Shown: in pieces, positions 13,734-24,516 of the stretch
Layout: each line of letters opens with the position of its first letter
How positions within the stretch are numbered: position 1 is the stretch's first letter
Assembly: GCF_041886205.1 (NCBI RefSeq)
Contig: NZ_CP169029.1
Direction: 5' to 3' (one strand)
Source: Escherichia coli
GTDB lineage: Bacteria; Pseudomonadota; Gammaproteobacteria; Enterobacterales; Enterobacteriaceae
Length of the DNA: 64,000 nucleotides
Position numbers and translations under genes: made by a program
The notes under the pieces: generated by a model
What the model was told of the DNA's origin: nothing
Databases searched by the model: none
The model's input: the letters and a program-made list of their open reading frames with translations, nothing else

Positions 13734-14312
13734 TTACGCCTGATGATCCGGCTTTTTCTTCCCGCGTCGTTTCAGCCACCAGCGCACGCCTACCACCAGA
13801 ACCACGACCAGAATCAACCAGACCCAGTGCTTCAAATGCTGGTCGAGATTGTGCAACCACGGCGCAATCACCTGACCACCAGCGTAACCGATAGTGGTAA
13901 AAATCAACGCCCAGGCAAATGCGCCGAGAATATTCAGCGGCAGAAAGATTTTCGGCGGCAGCTGGCTGGCACCAATCAGCGTCGGGCCAATCACCCGAAA
14001 GCCATACATAAAGCGCGTACCAATGACAAACAGATACGGATGGCGTTGGATAAGTTTCTGCGCCCGCTCAATTTTATCCTGATGTTTCGAGAAACGGCGT
14101 AACAGCTTGCCGCCAAACCGCCGCCCGCACAGATAGAGCACCTGGTCGCCAATCATGCCGCCAAGCGCCACAGAAAGTACCACCAGCGGGAACTTTAATA
14201 GCCCCTGATGCGCCGCAACGCCTCCCAGCAACGTCACGGTTTCACCTTCCGCCAGGCTACCGATCACCAGCGCGGCATAACCATATTGTGAGATGAGTGT
14301 ATTGAGATCCAT
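13734..14312 (-). CDS. yohD: DedA-family inner membrane protein YohD
   Basis: Internal start MDLNTLISQYGYAALVIGS gives the known 192 aa. DedA/SNARE-associated pattern. Confidence 0.88.
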   Translation of the reverse strand: MDLNTLISQYGYAALVIGSLAEGETVTLLGGVAAHQGLLKFPLVVLSVALGGMIGDQVLYLCGRRFGGKLLRRFSKHQDKIERAQKLIQRHPYLFVIGTRFMYGFRVIGPTLIGASQLPPKIFLPLNILGAFAWALIFTTIGYAGGQVIAPWLHNLDQHLKHWVWLILVVVLVVGVRWWLKRRGKKKPDHQA

Positions 14313-14481
14313 AAGCCAGTCTGTCTCCCTTTGGTTGCCTGTAAGCATACACCCTGTAAATCATTCACGCTGAAAAAGGACGTACATCAGACGGTGCAAA
14401 TTACATGAGCGAACAAAAAATAATCACAAGCTGACTTATACTTGAACTGTCAGGTTCATGAACTCACAACAAGGGGGCGGT

Positions 14482-15069
14482 ATGAGCCATGTCTGGGGAC
14501 TGTTTTCCCATCCCGATCGTGAAATGCAGGTGATTAATCGCGAAAACGAAACGATTTCTCACCATTACACCCACCACGTTTTGCTGATGGCGGCGATTCC
14601 GGTGATTTGCGCCTTCATTGGCACTACACAGATTGGCTGGAATTTTGGCGATGGCACTATCCTGAAGTTATCCTGGTTTACCGGACTGGCGCTGGCTGTC
14701 CTGTTTTATGGCGTTATGCTGGCTGGGGTTGCGGTAATGGGGCGGGTCATCTGGTGGATGGCGCGTAATTATCCGCAGCGTCCGTCACTTGCGCACTGCA
14801 TGGTCTTCGCGGGCTACGTTGCAACTCCGCTGTTTTTAAGCGGTCTGGTGGCGCTTTATCCACTGGTCTGGTTGTGTGCGCTGGTCGGCACGGTGGCGCT
14901 GTTTTACACCGGCTACCTGCTTTACCTTGGTATTCCGAGCTTCCTGAATATCAACAAAGAGGAAGGCCTTAGCTTCTCTAGTTCGACGCTGGCGATTGGC
15001 GTGCTGGTACTGGAAGTGCTGCTCGCCCTAACCGTTATACTATGGGGCTACGGTTATCGTTTGTTCTAG
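14482..15069 (+). CDS. yohC: Yip1-family inner membrane protein YohC
   Basis: Internal start MSHVWGLFSHPDREMQ gives 195 aa. Five hydrophobic helices. Confidence 0.88.
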   Translation: MSHVWGLFSHPDREMQVINRENETISHHYTHHVLLMAAIPVICAFIGTTQIGWNFGDGTILKLSWFTGLALAVLFYGVMLAGVAVMGRVIWWMARNYPQRPSLAHCMVFAGYVATPLFLSGLVALYPLVWLCALVGTVALFYTGYLLYLGIPSFLNINKEEGLSFSSSTLAIGVLVLEVLLALTVILWGYGYRLF

Positions 15070-15242
15070 AAAGTTCTTTGACGTTGCATTGCTGGCGTAA
15101 ATGTCAGCAATGCAGCATTTCCTCACGATTCTCCTTTGACGATCGCACTTTTTGCTCGTTATGATGGCGTCGCTAGCCTCAGTAAATCCTTACTCCGGCG
15201 GTGCGCAACCCGTGCGCGTGAACCACTATCTGAATGCTCATC

Positions 15243-16175
15243 ATGCCGAAATTTCGAGTTTCTTTATTTAGCCTGGCCCTGATGCTGGCTGTGCCTTTGG
15301 CACCGCAGGCCGTTGCGAAAACGGCAGCCGCTACCACCGCCTCACAACCGGAAATTGCCTCCGGTAGCGCGATGATTGTTGATCTGAATACCAACAAAGT
15401 GATCTATTCGAACCACCCGGATCTGGTGCGTCCGATTGCGTCTATCAGCAAATTAATGACCGCGATGGTCGTGCTGGATGCACGACTGCCGCTGGATGAA
15501 AAACTAAAAGTGGATATCAGCCAGACGCCGGAGATGAAAGGGGTCTATTCGCGCGTACGACTGAATAGCGAAATCAGCCGTAAAGATATGCTGTTGCTGG
15601 CGCTGATGTCTTCAGAAAACCGCGCGGCGGCAAGCCTTGCGCACCATTATCCCGGTGGTTACAAAGCCTTTATTAAGGCGATGAATGCGAAAGCGAAGTC
15701 GCTCGGAATGAACAACACGCGCTTTGTTGAACCGACCGGATTGTCGGTGCATAACGTTTCAACCGCCCGTGACTTAACCAAACTGCTCATTGCCAGCAAA
15801 CAATATCCGTTGATCGGGCAGTTAAGTACCACCCGGGAAGATATGGCAACCTTCTCTAACCCGACGTATACGCTGCCGTTCCGCAATACTAATCATCTGG
15901 TGTATCGCGATAACTGGAATATCCAGCTAACCAAAACCGGCTTTACCAATGCGGCGGGCCATTGTCTGGTGATGCGTACGGTTATCAATAATAAACCGGT
16001 GGCGCTGGTAGTGATGGATGCGTTTGGCAAATATACCCATTTTGCCGATGCCAGCCGCCTGCGTACCTGGATTGAAACCGGTAAAGTGATGCCTGTTCCG
16101 GCAGCAGCGTTGAGCTATAAAAAACAAAAAGCCGCCCAGATGGCGGCGGCGGGGCAGACGGCACAGAACGATTAA
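15243..16175 (+). CDS. pbpG: D-alanyl-D-alanine endopeptidase PBP7
   Basis: Start [15 protein letters not shown] (310 aa). Contains the SxxK (SISKLMT), SxN (SSEN) and KTG (LTKTGFT) penicillin-binding motifs. Confidence 0.93.
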   Translation: MPKFRVSLFSLALMLAVPLAPQAVAKTAAATTASQPEIASGSAMIVDLNTNKVIYSNHPDLVRPIASISKLMTAMVVLDARLPLDEKLKVDISQTPEMKGVYSRVRLNSEISRKDMLLLALMSSENRAAASLAHHYPGGYKAFIKAMNAKAKSLGMNNTRFVEPTGLSVHNVSTARDLTKLLIASKQYPLIGQLSTTREDMATFSNPTYTLPFRNTNHLVYRDNWNIQLTKTGFTNAAGHCLVMRTVINNKPVALVVMDAFGKYTHFADASRLRTWIETGKVMPVPAAALSYKKQKAAQMAAAGQTAQND

Positions 16176-16179
16176 GTGA

Positions 16180-16215
16180 ATTACGGATGGCGATACTCTG
16201 CCATCCGTAATTTTT
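16180..16215. terminator. Bidirectional intrinsic terminator shared by the convergent pbpG and dld
   Basis: attacggatggc-gatactct-gccatccgtaat is a 12-bp stem followed by tttt. Confidence 0.7.
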
Positions 16216-17929
16216 ACTCCACTTCCTGCCAGTTTTTCCGTTTACTGGTTTTACCGATCCCCGGATTCATGCTGTTGGTCGGATCGTTCTCGCGATAGAA
16301 CTTCTGCAACGTCTCCGGTGCTTTATACAAATGACCGACGTTATGCTCGGCAGGGTACTGCGCGCCGCGCTGCTGTAGCAGTTCTAGCATCTGTTCTTTT
16401 AACGCATGCACATCCACGCCTTTTTTAACGATGTAATCCTGATGGAAGACATAGCACATAAAATGGCCGTAATAGAGCTTGTGCACCAGCTGGCTGTCGA
16501 TCTCCGGCGGTAAATGCTCATACCACTCGGTGTCGTTACGCCGCAGAGCGATATCCAGCGCCAGAATGTCTTCGACTTCATCGGAATGCACCGCCTGATA
16601 ACGAATTGCTGCGCCCGCAGCGGCGAAACGGTGTAAAAACGCTTTGCTGCCTTCCTCCGGCGTACAGACAAAGAAATCGCCTTCGGCCTGTTTGAAATAA
16701 TCCACCAACCACGATTTGGCTTCGCCCACGCCATCGCCCGCCATTTTTAACAGCAGATGATGCTCGTATTTATCGCGCCAGTTTTTCATGCGCGGCGGTA
16801 AATGGCTGGGGAACAGGTGACCGAATTTTTGCATCGCACGGTCAGTAAAATGCGGACGGAAGAATTTCACTTTCTCCAGCATCGCATCGGTGCGTCCCTT
16901 GAGATTAAAGAAGAACGGCATCTTGTCGGTGCCTAACTTATCAATCATCAGGAAGGTGTCTTTGCCGTATTTTTCCGCAATATCGTAGATATCCCGGTGC
17001 ATATATTCCCCGGCAACCGGCAGATTTTCGAAGTTAGCCAGAATATGACGGCGGATTTCGGTCAGCACTTCCGGCTGGTTGGTGCCGATATAAAACACCT
17101 GCTGATTTTTTTCCGCTTCGAAGGTATCTAGACGTACTGCAAAGACCGCCAGCTTCCCGGCGCAACCAGAAGATTCAAATAACCGATCAGGATCGGCGTT
17201 ATAACGTGCGGGCGTGTCGGCTTCAATATCACGAACGCGGTGGACATAGTCATAATCGTGGGCGTGACGACCATCGTGACGCACATCGTCATCTTTGATG
17301 CGATCATCATCCAGCTTGCTAAGGATCTGCTCCGGCGTTTCGCCCAGATCAATCCCCAGATGGTTCACTAGCGTCAGTTTGCCGTCTTCATTTATACGCG
17401 CGAATAACGACATTTCGGTATACGCCGGGCCACGTTGCACCAGCGAGCCGCCGGAGTTGTTACAAATACCGCCGATGACCGATGCGCCTATACACGATGA
17501 TCCAATCACTGAGTGCGGTTCGCGTCCCAGCGGTTTGAGGGCTTTTTCCAGCGAATAGAGCGTGGTGCCCGGATAGGCCAGCACCTGTTCGCCCTTGCCA
17601 AGAACGTGCAGCTTGTCGAGACGCAGGGTGCTGATGATAACGACATCGCGATCATAATCGTTACCGTTTGGCGTCGATCCTTCGGTCAGGCCTGTATTGG
17701 CGGCCTGCATCAGAATAATTTTGTCGGCGGTGACGCAGGCTTTCAGCACCCGCCACAATTCCAGTAGTGAGCCAGGGAAAACGACAGCCAGCGCGTCGCC
17801 CTGACCAGAACGGAAGCCCTTGCGATAGCGGGCCGTTTTTGCGGGATCGGTGAGCAGGTGTGAAGAACCCACCAGACGAGCAAGTTCATTCAAAAAGGCT
17901 TTATTATCAGTTGTTGTCATGGAAGACAT
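16214..17929 (-). CDS. dld: FAD-dependent respiratory D-lactate dehydrogenase
   Basis: Internal start MSSMTTTDNKAFLNELARLVG gives 571 aa, the known Dld length. Synteny agrees. Confidence 0.92.
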   Translation of the reverse strand: MSSMTTTDNKAFLNELARLVGSSHLLTDPAKTARYRKGFRSGQGDALAVVFPGSLLELWRVLKACVTADKIILMQAANTGLTEGSTPNGNDYDRDVVIISTLRLDKLHVLGKGEQVLAYPGTTLYSLEKALKPLGREPHSVIGSSCIGASVIGGICNNSGGSLVQRGPAYTEMSLFARINEDGKLTLVNHLGIDLGETPEQILSKLDDDRIKDDDVRHDGRHAHDYDYVHRVRDIEADTPARYNADPDRLFESSGCAGKLAVFAVRLDTFEAEKNQQVFYIGTNQPEVLTEIRRHILANFENLPVAGEYMHRDIYDIAEKYGKDTFLMIDKLGTDKMPFFFNLKGRTDAMLEKVKFFRPHFTDRAMQKFGHLFPSHLPPRMKNWRDKYEHHLLLKMAGDGVGEAKSWLVDYFKQAEGDFFVCTPEEGSKAFLHRFAAAGAAIRYQAVHSDEVEDILALDIALRRNDTEWYEHLPPEIDSQLVHKLYYGHFMCYVFHQDYIVKKGVDVHALKEQMLELLQQRGAQYPAEHNVGHLYKAPETLQKFYRENDPTNSMNPGIGKTSKRKNWQEVE

Positions 17930-18124
17930 TTTCCACTCCTTGTGGTGGCGAAAAAATATCACAAACTAGAATAGCGCCTTGTATGACAATTCAGCGAGTG
18001 AATATTTTGAAAATTCAGACAATAAACTGAGCATTCTTTTTCTCTCTCCATCATGCTTATGGCAAACTACGGTTTTTGCACCATTTTCGCTGCCTCGTCG
18101 GGCAACAGAGGAAGAAAAATCCAT

Positions 18125-20422
18125 ATGAAATGGCTATGTTCAGTAGGAATCGCGGTGAGTCTGGCCCTGCAGCCAGCACTGGCGGATGATTTATTCGGCA
18201 ACCATCCATTAACGCCCGAAGCGCGGGATGCGTTCGTCACCGAACTGCTTAAGAAAATGACAGTTGATGAGAAAATTGGTCAGCTGCGCTTAATCAGCGT
18301 CGGCCCGGATAACCCGAAAGAGGCGATCCGCGAGATGATCAAAGACGGTCAGGTTGGGGCGATTTTCAACACCGTAACCCGTCAGGATATCCGCGCCATG
18401 CAGGATCAGGTGATGGAATTAAGCCGCCTGAAAATTCCTCTTTTCTTTGCTTACGACGTGCTGCACGGTCAGCGCACGGTGTTCCCGATTAGCCTCGGTC
18501 TGGCCTCGTCTTTTAACCTCGATGCAGTAAAAAAGGTCGGACGTGTCTCTGCTTATGAAGCGGCAGATGATGGCCTGAATATGACCTGGGCACCGATGGT
18601 CGATGTCTCGCGCGATCCGCGCTGGGGACGTGCTTCCGAAGGTTTTGGCGAAGATACGTATCTCACCTCAACAATGGGTAAAACCATGGTGGAAGCGATG
18701 CAGGGTAAAAGCCCGGCAGATCGCTACTCGGTGATGACCAGCGTCAAACACTTTGCCGCATACGGCGCGGTAGAAGGCGGTAAAGAGTACAACACCGTCG
18801 ATATGAGTCCGCAGCGCCTGTTTAATGATTATATGCCGCCGTACAAAGCGGGGCTGGACGCAGGCAGCGGCGCGGTGATGGTGGCGCTGAACTCGCTGAA
18901 CGGCACGCCAGCCACCTCCGATACCTGGCTGCTGAAAGATGTTCTGCGCGATCAGTGGGGTTTTAAAGGCATCACCGTTTCCGATCATGGTGCAATCAAA
19001 GAGCTGATTAAACATGGCACGGCGGCAGACCCGGAAGATGCGGTGCGCGTGGCGCTGAAATCCGGAATCAACATGAGCATGAGCGACGAGTACTACTCGA
19101 AGTATCTGCCTGGGTTGATCAAATCTGGCAAAGTGACGATGGCAGAGCTGGACGATGCTGCCCGCCATGTACTGAACGTTAAATATGATATGGGGTTGTT
19201 TAACGACCCATACAGCCATTTGGGGCCGAAAGAGTCTGACCCGGTGGATACCAATGCCGAAAGCCGCCTGCACCGTAAAGAAGCGCGTGAAGTGGCGCGT
19301 GAAAGCCTGGTGTTGCTGAAAAACCGTCTCGAAACGTTACCGCTGAAAAAATCGGCCACCATTGCGGTGGTTGGGCCACTGGCGGACAGTAAACGTGACG
19401 TGATGGGCAGCTGGTCCGCAGCCGGTGTTGCCGATCAATCCGTGACCGTACTGACCGGGATTAAAAATGCCGTCGGTGAAAACGGTAAAGTGCGGTACGC
19501 CAAAGGGGCGAACGTTACCAGTGACAAAGGCATTATCGATTTCCTGAATCAGTATGAAGAAGCGGTCAAAGTCGATCCGCGCTCGCCGCAAGAGATGATT
19601 GATGAAGCGGTGCAGACTGCGAAACAATCTGATGTGGTGGTGGCTGTGGTCGGTGAAGCACAAGGCATGGCGCACGAGGCCTCCAGCCGTACCGATATCA
19701 CTATTCCGCAAAGCCAACGTGACTTGATTGCGGCGCTGAAAGCCACTGGTAAACCGCTGGTGCTGGTGCTGATGAACGGGCGTCCGCTGGCGCTGGTGAA
19801 AGAAGATCAGCAGGCTGATGCGATTCTGGAAACCTGGTTTGCGGGGACTGAAGGCGGTAATGCAATTGCCGATGTATTGTTTGGCGATTACAACCCGTCC
19901 GGCAAGCTGCCAATGTCCTTCCCGCGTTCTGTCGGGCAGATCCCGGTGTACTACAGCCATCTGAATACCGGGCGTCCGTATAATGCCGACAAGCCGAACA
20001 AATACACTTCGCGTTATTTTGATGAGGCTAACGGGGCGCTGTATCCGTTCGGCTATGGTCTGAGCTATACCACTTTCACCGTCTCTGATGTGAAACTTTC
20101 TGCGCCGACCATGAAGCGTGACGGTAAAGTAACTGCCAGCGTGCAGGTGACGAACACCGGTAAGCGCGAAGGGGCGACGGTAGTCCAGATGTACTTGCAG
20201 GATGTGACGGCTTCCATGAGCCGTCCAGTGAAGCAGCTGAAAGGCTTTGAAAAAATCACCCTGAAGCCGGGCGAAACTCAGACCGTCAGCTTCCCGATTG
20301 ATATCGAGGCGCTGAAGTTCTGGAATCAACAGATGAAATATGACGCCGAGCCTGGCAAGTTCAATGTCTTTATCGGCACTGATTCCGCACGCGTTAAGAA
20401 AGGCGAGTTTGAGTTGCTGTAA
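18125..20422 (+). CDS. bglX: Periplasmic beta-glucosidase (GH3)
   Basis: Start MKWLCSVGIAVSLALQPALA (signal peptide), 765 aa. GH3 domain organisation. Confidence 0.93.
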   Translation: MKWLCSVGIAVSLALQPALADDLFGNHPLTPEARDAFVTELLKKMTVDEKIGQLRLISVGPDNPKEAIREMIKDGQVGAIFNTVTRQDIRAMQDQVMELSRLKIPLFFAYDVLHGQRTVFPISLGLASSFNLDAVKKVGRVSAYEAADDGLNMTWAPMVDVSRDPRWGRASEGFGEDTYLTSTMGKTMVEAMQGKSPADRYSVMTSVKHFAAYGAVEGGKEYNTVDMSPQRLFNDYMPPYKAGLDAGSGAVMVALNSLNGTPATSDTWLLKDVLRDQWGFKGITVSDHGAIKELIKHGTAADPEDAVRVALKSGINMSMSDEYYSKYLPGLIKSGKVTMAELDDAARHVLNVKYDMGLFNDPYSHLGPKESDPVDTNAESRLHRKEAREVARESLVLLKNRLETLPLKKSATIAVVGPLADSKRDVMGSWSAAGVADQSVTVLTGIKNAVGENGKVRYAKGANVTSDKGIIDFLNQYEEAVKVDPRSPQEMIDEAVQTAKQSDVVVAVVGEAQGMAHEASSRTDITIPQSQRDLIAALKATGKPLVLVLMNGRPLALVKEDQQADAILETWFAGTEGGNAIADVLFGDYNPSGKLPMSFPRSVGQIPVYYSHLNTGRPYNADKPNKYTSRYFDEANGALYPFGYGLSYTTFTVSDVKLSAPTMKRDGKVTASVQVTNTGKREGATVVQMYLQDVTASMSRPVKQLKGFEKITLKPGETQTVSFPIDIEALKFWNQQMKYDAEPGKFNVFIGTDSARVKKGEFELL

Positions 20423-20433
20423 TGCTTTAGCAA

Positions 20434-20490
20434 GGGCGCGACGTTTGCGCCCTTTGTAGGCCGGATAAGGCGCTCGCGCCGCATCCGGCA
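20434..20490. repeat. Terminator-like hairpin plus REP unit after bglX
   Basis: gggcgcgacgtttgcgccc hairpin, then taggccggataaggcgctcgcgccgcatccggca (REP consensus). Confidence 0.65.
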
Positions 20491-20632
20491 GGAAACGCCG
20501 GACCGAATATGCCTCTTAAGTATTTATCTGATTCTGCAACTGATTCCTTCCGCTCAGGCTAACCCCGCCATTATCAACTATGCTTTTCTCTTAATTCGCT
20601 GAAAACAACAGTAAAAGAATGAGGAAAGCATC

Positions 20633-21550
20633 ATGCCACTCTCAAAGGTCTGGGCAGGTTCACTGGTTTTGTTGGCAGCCGTGAGCCTGCCGCTGCACGC
20701 GGCTTCCCCCGTTAAAGTCGGTTCAAAAATCGATACCGAAGGCGCGCTACTCGGCAACATCATCTTGCAGGTGCTGGAAAGCCACGGCGTACCGACGGTC
20801 AATAAAGTCCAGTTGGGAACTACGCCGGTGGTACGCGGGGCAATTACTTCCGGTGAACTGGATATCTATCCGGAATATACCGGCAATGGCGCTTTCTTCT
20901 TTAAAGATGAAAACGATGCAGCGTGGAAAAATGCCGGGCAGGGCTACGAGAAAGTCAAAAAATTCGATGCAGAGCAAAACAAGTTAATCTGGCTGACGCC
21001 CGCGCCTGCAAATAACACCTGGACCATCGCCGTGCGTCAGGATGTGGCAGAGAAAAATAAACTCACTTCGCTTGCCGACCTGAGTCGTTATCTGAAAGAG
21101 GGCGGCACCTTCAAACTGGCAGCCTCGGCTGAGTTTATCGAACGCGCCGATGCCTTACCCGCTTTTGAAAAAGCCTACGACTTTAAACTCGATCAGGATC
21201 AGTTGCTGTCACTGGCGGGCGGTGACACGGCGGTAACGATTAAAGCCGCTGCCCAGCAAACTTCTGGCGTTAATGCCGCAATGGCTTACGGCACTGACGG
21301 TCCGGTCGCAGCGCTGGGGTTGCAAACCTTAAGCGATCCGCAAGGCGTGCAACCTATCTACGCGCCTGCACCAGTGGTGCGTGAGTCGGTGCTGAAAGAG
21401 TATCCGCAAATGGCACAGTGGCTACAGCCAGTCTTCGCCAGCCTCGATGCAAAAACATTGCAGCAACTGAATGCCAGCATTGCCGTTGAAGGACTGGATG
21501 CCAAAAAAGTGGCTGCCGACTACCTGAAACAAAAAGGGTGGACGAAGTAA
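20633..21550 (+). CDS. osmF: Periplasmic glycine betaine-binding protein of the OsmF-YehYXW ABC transporter
   Basis: 305-aa ORF with a signal peptide. First gene of the four-gene ABC operon (YehZ). Confidence 0.9.
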   Translation: MPLSKVWAGSLVLLAAVSLPLHAASPVKVGSKIDTEGALLGNIILQVLESHGVPTVNKVQLGTTPVVRGAITSGELDIYPEYTGNGAFFFKDENDAAWKNAGQGYEKVKKFDAEQNKLIWLTPAPANNTWTIAVRQDVAEKNKLTSLADLSRYLKEGGTFKLAASAEFIERADALPAFEKAYDFKLDQDQLLSLAGGDTAVTIKAAAQQTSGVNAAMAYGTDGPVAALGLQTLSDPQGVQPIYAPAPVVRESVLKEYPQMAQWLQPVFASLDAKTLQQLNASIAVEGLDAKKVAADYLKQKGWTK

Positions 21551-21556
21551 TTTCCC

Positions 21557-22714
21557 GTGACTTATCTACGTATTAATCCTGTTCTGGCGCTGCTGCTGTT
21601 GCTGACGGTAATCGCAGCGGCGCTGCCGTTTATCAGTTACGCGCCTAATCGTTTAGTCTCGGGTGAAGGGCGTCATCTCTGGCAACTGTGGCCGCAAACG
21701 ATCTGGATGCTGGTGGGCGTTGGTTGCGCCTGGCTGACAGCCTGTTTTATCCCCGCTAAAAAAGGCAGCATTTTTGCACTCATTCTGGCGCAATTCGTCT
21801 TCGTGTTACTGATATGGGGCGCAGGAAAGGCAGCGACGCAGCTGGCGCAAAATGGCAGTGCGCTGGCGCGTACCAGCCTCGGCAGTGGTTTCTGGCTGGC
21901 TGCGGCGCTGGCATTGCTGGCCTGTAGTGATGCCATTCGCCGAATCTCCGCGCATCCGCTGTGGCGCTGGTTGTTGCATATGCAGATTGCCATCATTCCG
22001 CTGTGGTTGCTGTACTCCGGCACGCTTAACGATCTCTCGCTAATGAAAGAATACGCCAACCGTCAGGATGTGTTTGACGACGCGCTGGCACAACATCTGA
22101 CGTTGCTGTTTGGTGCGGTGCTGCCTGCGTTAGTGATTGGTGTGCCGTTGGGCATCTGGTGCTACTTTTCCACTGCGCGGCAGGGGGCGATTTTTTCTCT
22201 GCTCAATGTCATTCAGACCGTGCCTTCGGTAGCGCTTTTTGGCCTGTTGATTGCGCCGCTTGCCGCGCTGGTTAAGGCCTTTCCGTGGCTGGGGAAGCTC
22301 GGCATAGCAGGAACAGGAATGACACCCGCACTGATTGCGCTGGTGCTCTATGCATTGCTGCCGCTGGTGCGCGGCGTGGTAGTCGGTTTGAACCAGATCC
22401 CGCGCGATGTGCTGGAGAGCGCCAGAGCGATAGGGATGAGCGGGGCGCAGCGTTTCCTGCATGTTCAGTTACCGCTGGCGTTACCGGTATTTCTGCGCAG
22501 CCTGCGGGTGGTGATGGTGCAAACTGTAGGTATGGCGGTGATTGCGGCGTTAATCGGTGCAGGCGGTTTTGGTGCGCTGGTTTTCCAGGGGCTGCTAAGC
22601 AGTGCCATTGATTTAGTGTTGCTGGGGGTGATCCCGGTAATTGTTCTGGCGGTGCTTACCGACGCGCTGTTCGATTTGCTTATCGCACTGCTGAAGGTGA
22701 AACGTAATGATTGA
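21557..22714 (+). CDS. yehY: ABC transporter permease YehY
   Basis: 385-aa polytopic ORF (GTG start). Overlaps yehX by 8 nt. Confidence 0.88.
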   Translation: MTYLRINPVLALLLLLTVIAAALPFISYAPNRLVSGEGRHLWQLWPQTIWMLVGVGCAWLTACFIPAKKGSIFALILAQFVFVLLIWGAGKAATQLAQNGSALARTSLGSGFWLAAALALLACSDAIRRISAHPLWRWLLHMQIAIIPLWLLYSGTLNDLSLMKEYANRQDVFDDALAQHLTLLFGAVLPALVIGVPLGIWCYFSTARQGAIFSLLNVIQTVPSVALFGLLIAPLAALVKAFPWLGKLGIAGTGMTPALIALVLYALLPLVRGVVVGLNQIPRDVLESARAIGMSGAQRFLHVQLPLALPVFLRSLRVVMVQTVGMAVIAALIGAGGFGALVFQGLLSSAIDLVLLGVIPVIVLAVLTDALFDLLIALLKVKRND

Positions 22715-23633
22715 ATTTAGCCATGTCAGCAAACTGTTCGGCGCACAAAAAGCCGTTAACGATCTCAATCTCAATTTTCAGGAAGGGAGTTTTTCGGTGC
22801 TGATTGGCACATCTGGCTCCGGTAAATCCACCACCCTGAAAATGATTAACCGCCTGGTGGAGCATGACAGCGGCGTGATCCGCTTTGCCGGAGAAGAAAT
22901 TCGCTCGCTGCCAGTACTGGAGTTGCGCCGCCGGATGGGCTATGCCATTCAATCTATTGGCCTGTTCCCCCACTGGAGCGTGGCGCAAAACATCGCTACC
23001 GTGCCGCAATTACAAAAATGGTCGCGGGCACGGATTGACGATCGTATCGACGAATTAATGGCGCTACTGGGGCTGGAGTCAAATTTGCGTGAGCGTTATC
23101 CGCATCAGCTTTCCGGTGGTCAGCAGCAACGTGTGGGAGTGGCGCGCGCACTGGCTGCCGATCCGCAAGTCTTACTGATGGATGAACCTTTTGGCGCACT
23201 GGACCCGGTAACGCGCGGCGCGTTGCAACAAGAGATGACGCGCATTCACCGTTTGCTGGGGCGCACTATTGTGCTGGTCACTCATGATATTGATGAGGCG
23301 CTACGGCTGGCAGAACATTTGGTATTGATGGATCACGGTGAAGTGGTGCAGCAGGGCAATCCGCTGACGATGCTGACTCGTCCGGCGAATGATTTTGTCC
23401 GCCAGTTTTTTGGACGTAGTGAACTGGGTGTGCGCCTGCTTTCGTTACGTAGTGTGGCGGATTACGTGCGTCGCGAAGAACGTGCAGAAGGTGAGGCACT
23501 GGCAGAAGAGATGACGCTACGCGATGCGCTCTCCCTGTTTGTCGCGCGGGGATGCGAGGTGCTGCCGGTGGTGAACATGCTGGGCCAGCCTTGCGGCACG
23601 CTGCATTTTCAGGATCTGCTGGTGGAGGCGTAA
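22707..23633 (+). CDS. yehX: ABC transporter ATP-binding protein YehX
   Basis: Walker [10 protein letters not shown], signature LSGGQQQRV and Walker [13 protein letters not shown]-terminal CBS-like region. Confidence 0.92.
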   Translation: MIEFSHVSKLFGAQKAVNDLNLNFQEGSFSVLIGTSGSGKSTTLKMINRLVEHDSGVIRFAGEEIRSLPVLELRRRMGYAIQSIGLFPHWSVAQNIATVPQLQKWSRARIDDRIDELMALLGLESNLRERYPHQLSGGQQQRVGVARALAADPQVLLMDEPFGALDPVTRGALQQEMTRIHRLLGRTIVLVTHDIDEALRLAEHLVLMDHGEVVQQGNPLTMLTRPANDFVRQFFGRSELGVRLLSLRSVADYVRREERAEGEALAEEMTLRDALSLFVARGCEVLPVVNMLGQPCGTLHFQDLLVEA

Positions 23634-23637
23634 ACGT

Positions 23638-24369
23638 ATGAAGATGTTGCGCGATCCGCTGTTCTGGCTCATTGCTCTGTTTGTGGCACTGATTTTCTGG
23701 CTGCCTTACAGCCAGCCGCTGTTTGCTGCCTTGTTCCCACAACTGCCACGACCCGTTTATCAGCAAGAAAGTTTTGCAGCTCTGGCACTGGCTCATTTCT
23801 GGCTGGTGGGAATTTCGAGTTTGTTTGCGGTGATCATTGGTACTGGTGCCGGAATTGCAGTCACTCGCCCGTGGGGCGCGGAATTTCGCCCACTGGTGGA
23901 AACTATTGCCGCCGTTGGGCAGACTTTTCCGCCTGTCGCAGTGCTGGCGATTGCTGTTCCGGTGATCGGCTTTGGTCTGCAACCAGCGATTATCGCCTTG
24001 ATCCTGTACGGCGTGCTGCCCGTCCTGCAGGCGACACTTGCCGGGCTGGGAGCGATTGATGCCAGCGTGACAGAAGTTGCGAAGGGTATGGGAATGAGTC
24101 GTGGTCAGCGACTGCGTAAGGTCGAGCTACCGCTGGCGGCTCCGGTGATTCTGGCGGGCGTGCGAACTTCGGTGATTATCAACATTGGTACGGCGACGAT
24201 CGCCTCAACGGTAGGGGCCAGCACGCTGGGTACGCCCATCATCATCGGGCTTAGCGGATTTAATACCGCGTATGTGATCCAGGGGGCGTTACTGGTGGCA
24301 ATGGCGGCGATCATTGCAGACCGCCTGTTTGAAAGGCTGGTGCAGGCGCTTAGCCAGCACGCAAAATAA
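23638..24369 (+). CDS. yehW: ABC transporter permease YehW
   Basis: 243-aa permease ORF. Last gene of the operon. Confidence 0.9.
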
Positions 24370-24457
24370 AGGTATAACCTGCGAGCATGACGCCACCAAT
24401 TCCGCCTAACGCCATAAACAGGAACAGGGCGATGACCCCAATTTTAGCTATGCGCAT
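24350..24457 (-). CDS. yohO: 35-aa small membrane protein YohO (UPF0387)
   Basis: Hand translation gives [35 protein letters not shown], preceded by aaggagtgcatt (SD). Its 3' end overlaps the 3' end of yehW by 20 nt. Not in the ORF track. Confidence 0.8.
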
Positions 24458-24516
24458 AATGCACTCCTTATGTTAACGAAAGGATTGTACAGTAAAGCGC
24501 ATTTGTTAACGAATCA

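Noticed and set aside
19337-20329. 330-aa ORF antisense to bglX. Similar long antisense ORFs include 23278-23982 opposite yehX/yehW, 7022-7546 opposite the FAH gene, and 48861-49487 opposite metG.
   Set aside because: They lie entirely inside well-supported genes on the opposite strand. Their composition is biased and rich in Arg, His and Gly, and they show no SD or start context. They are typical shadow ORFs of GC-rich coding DNA.
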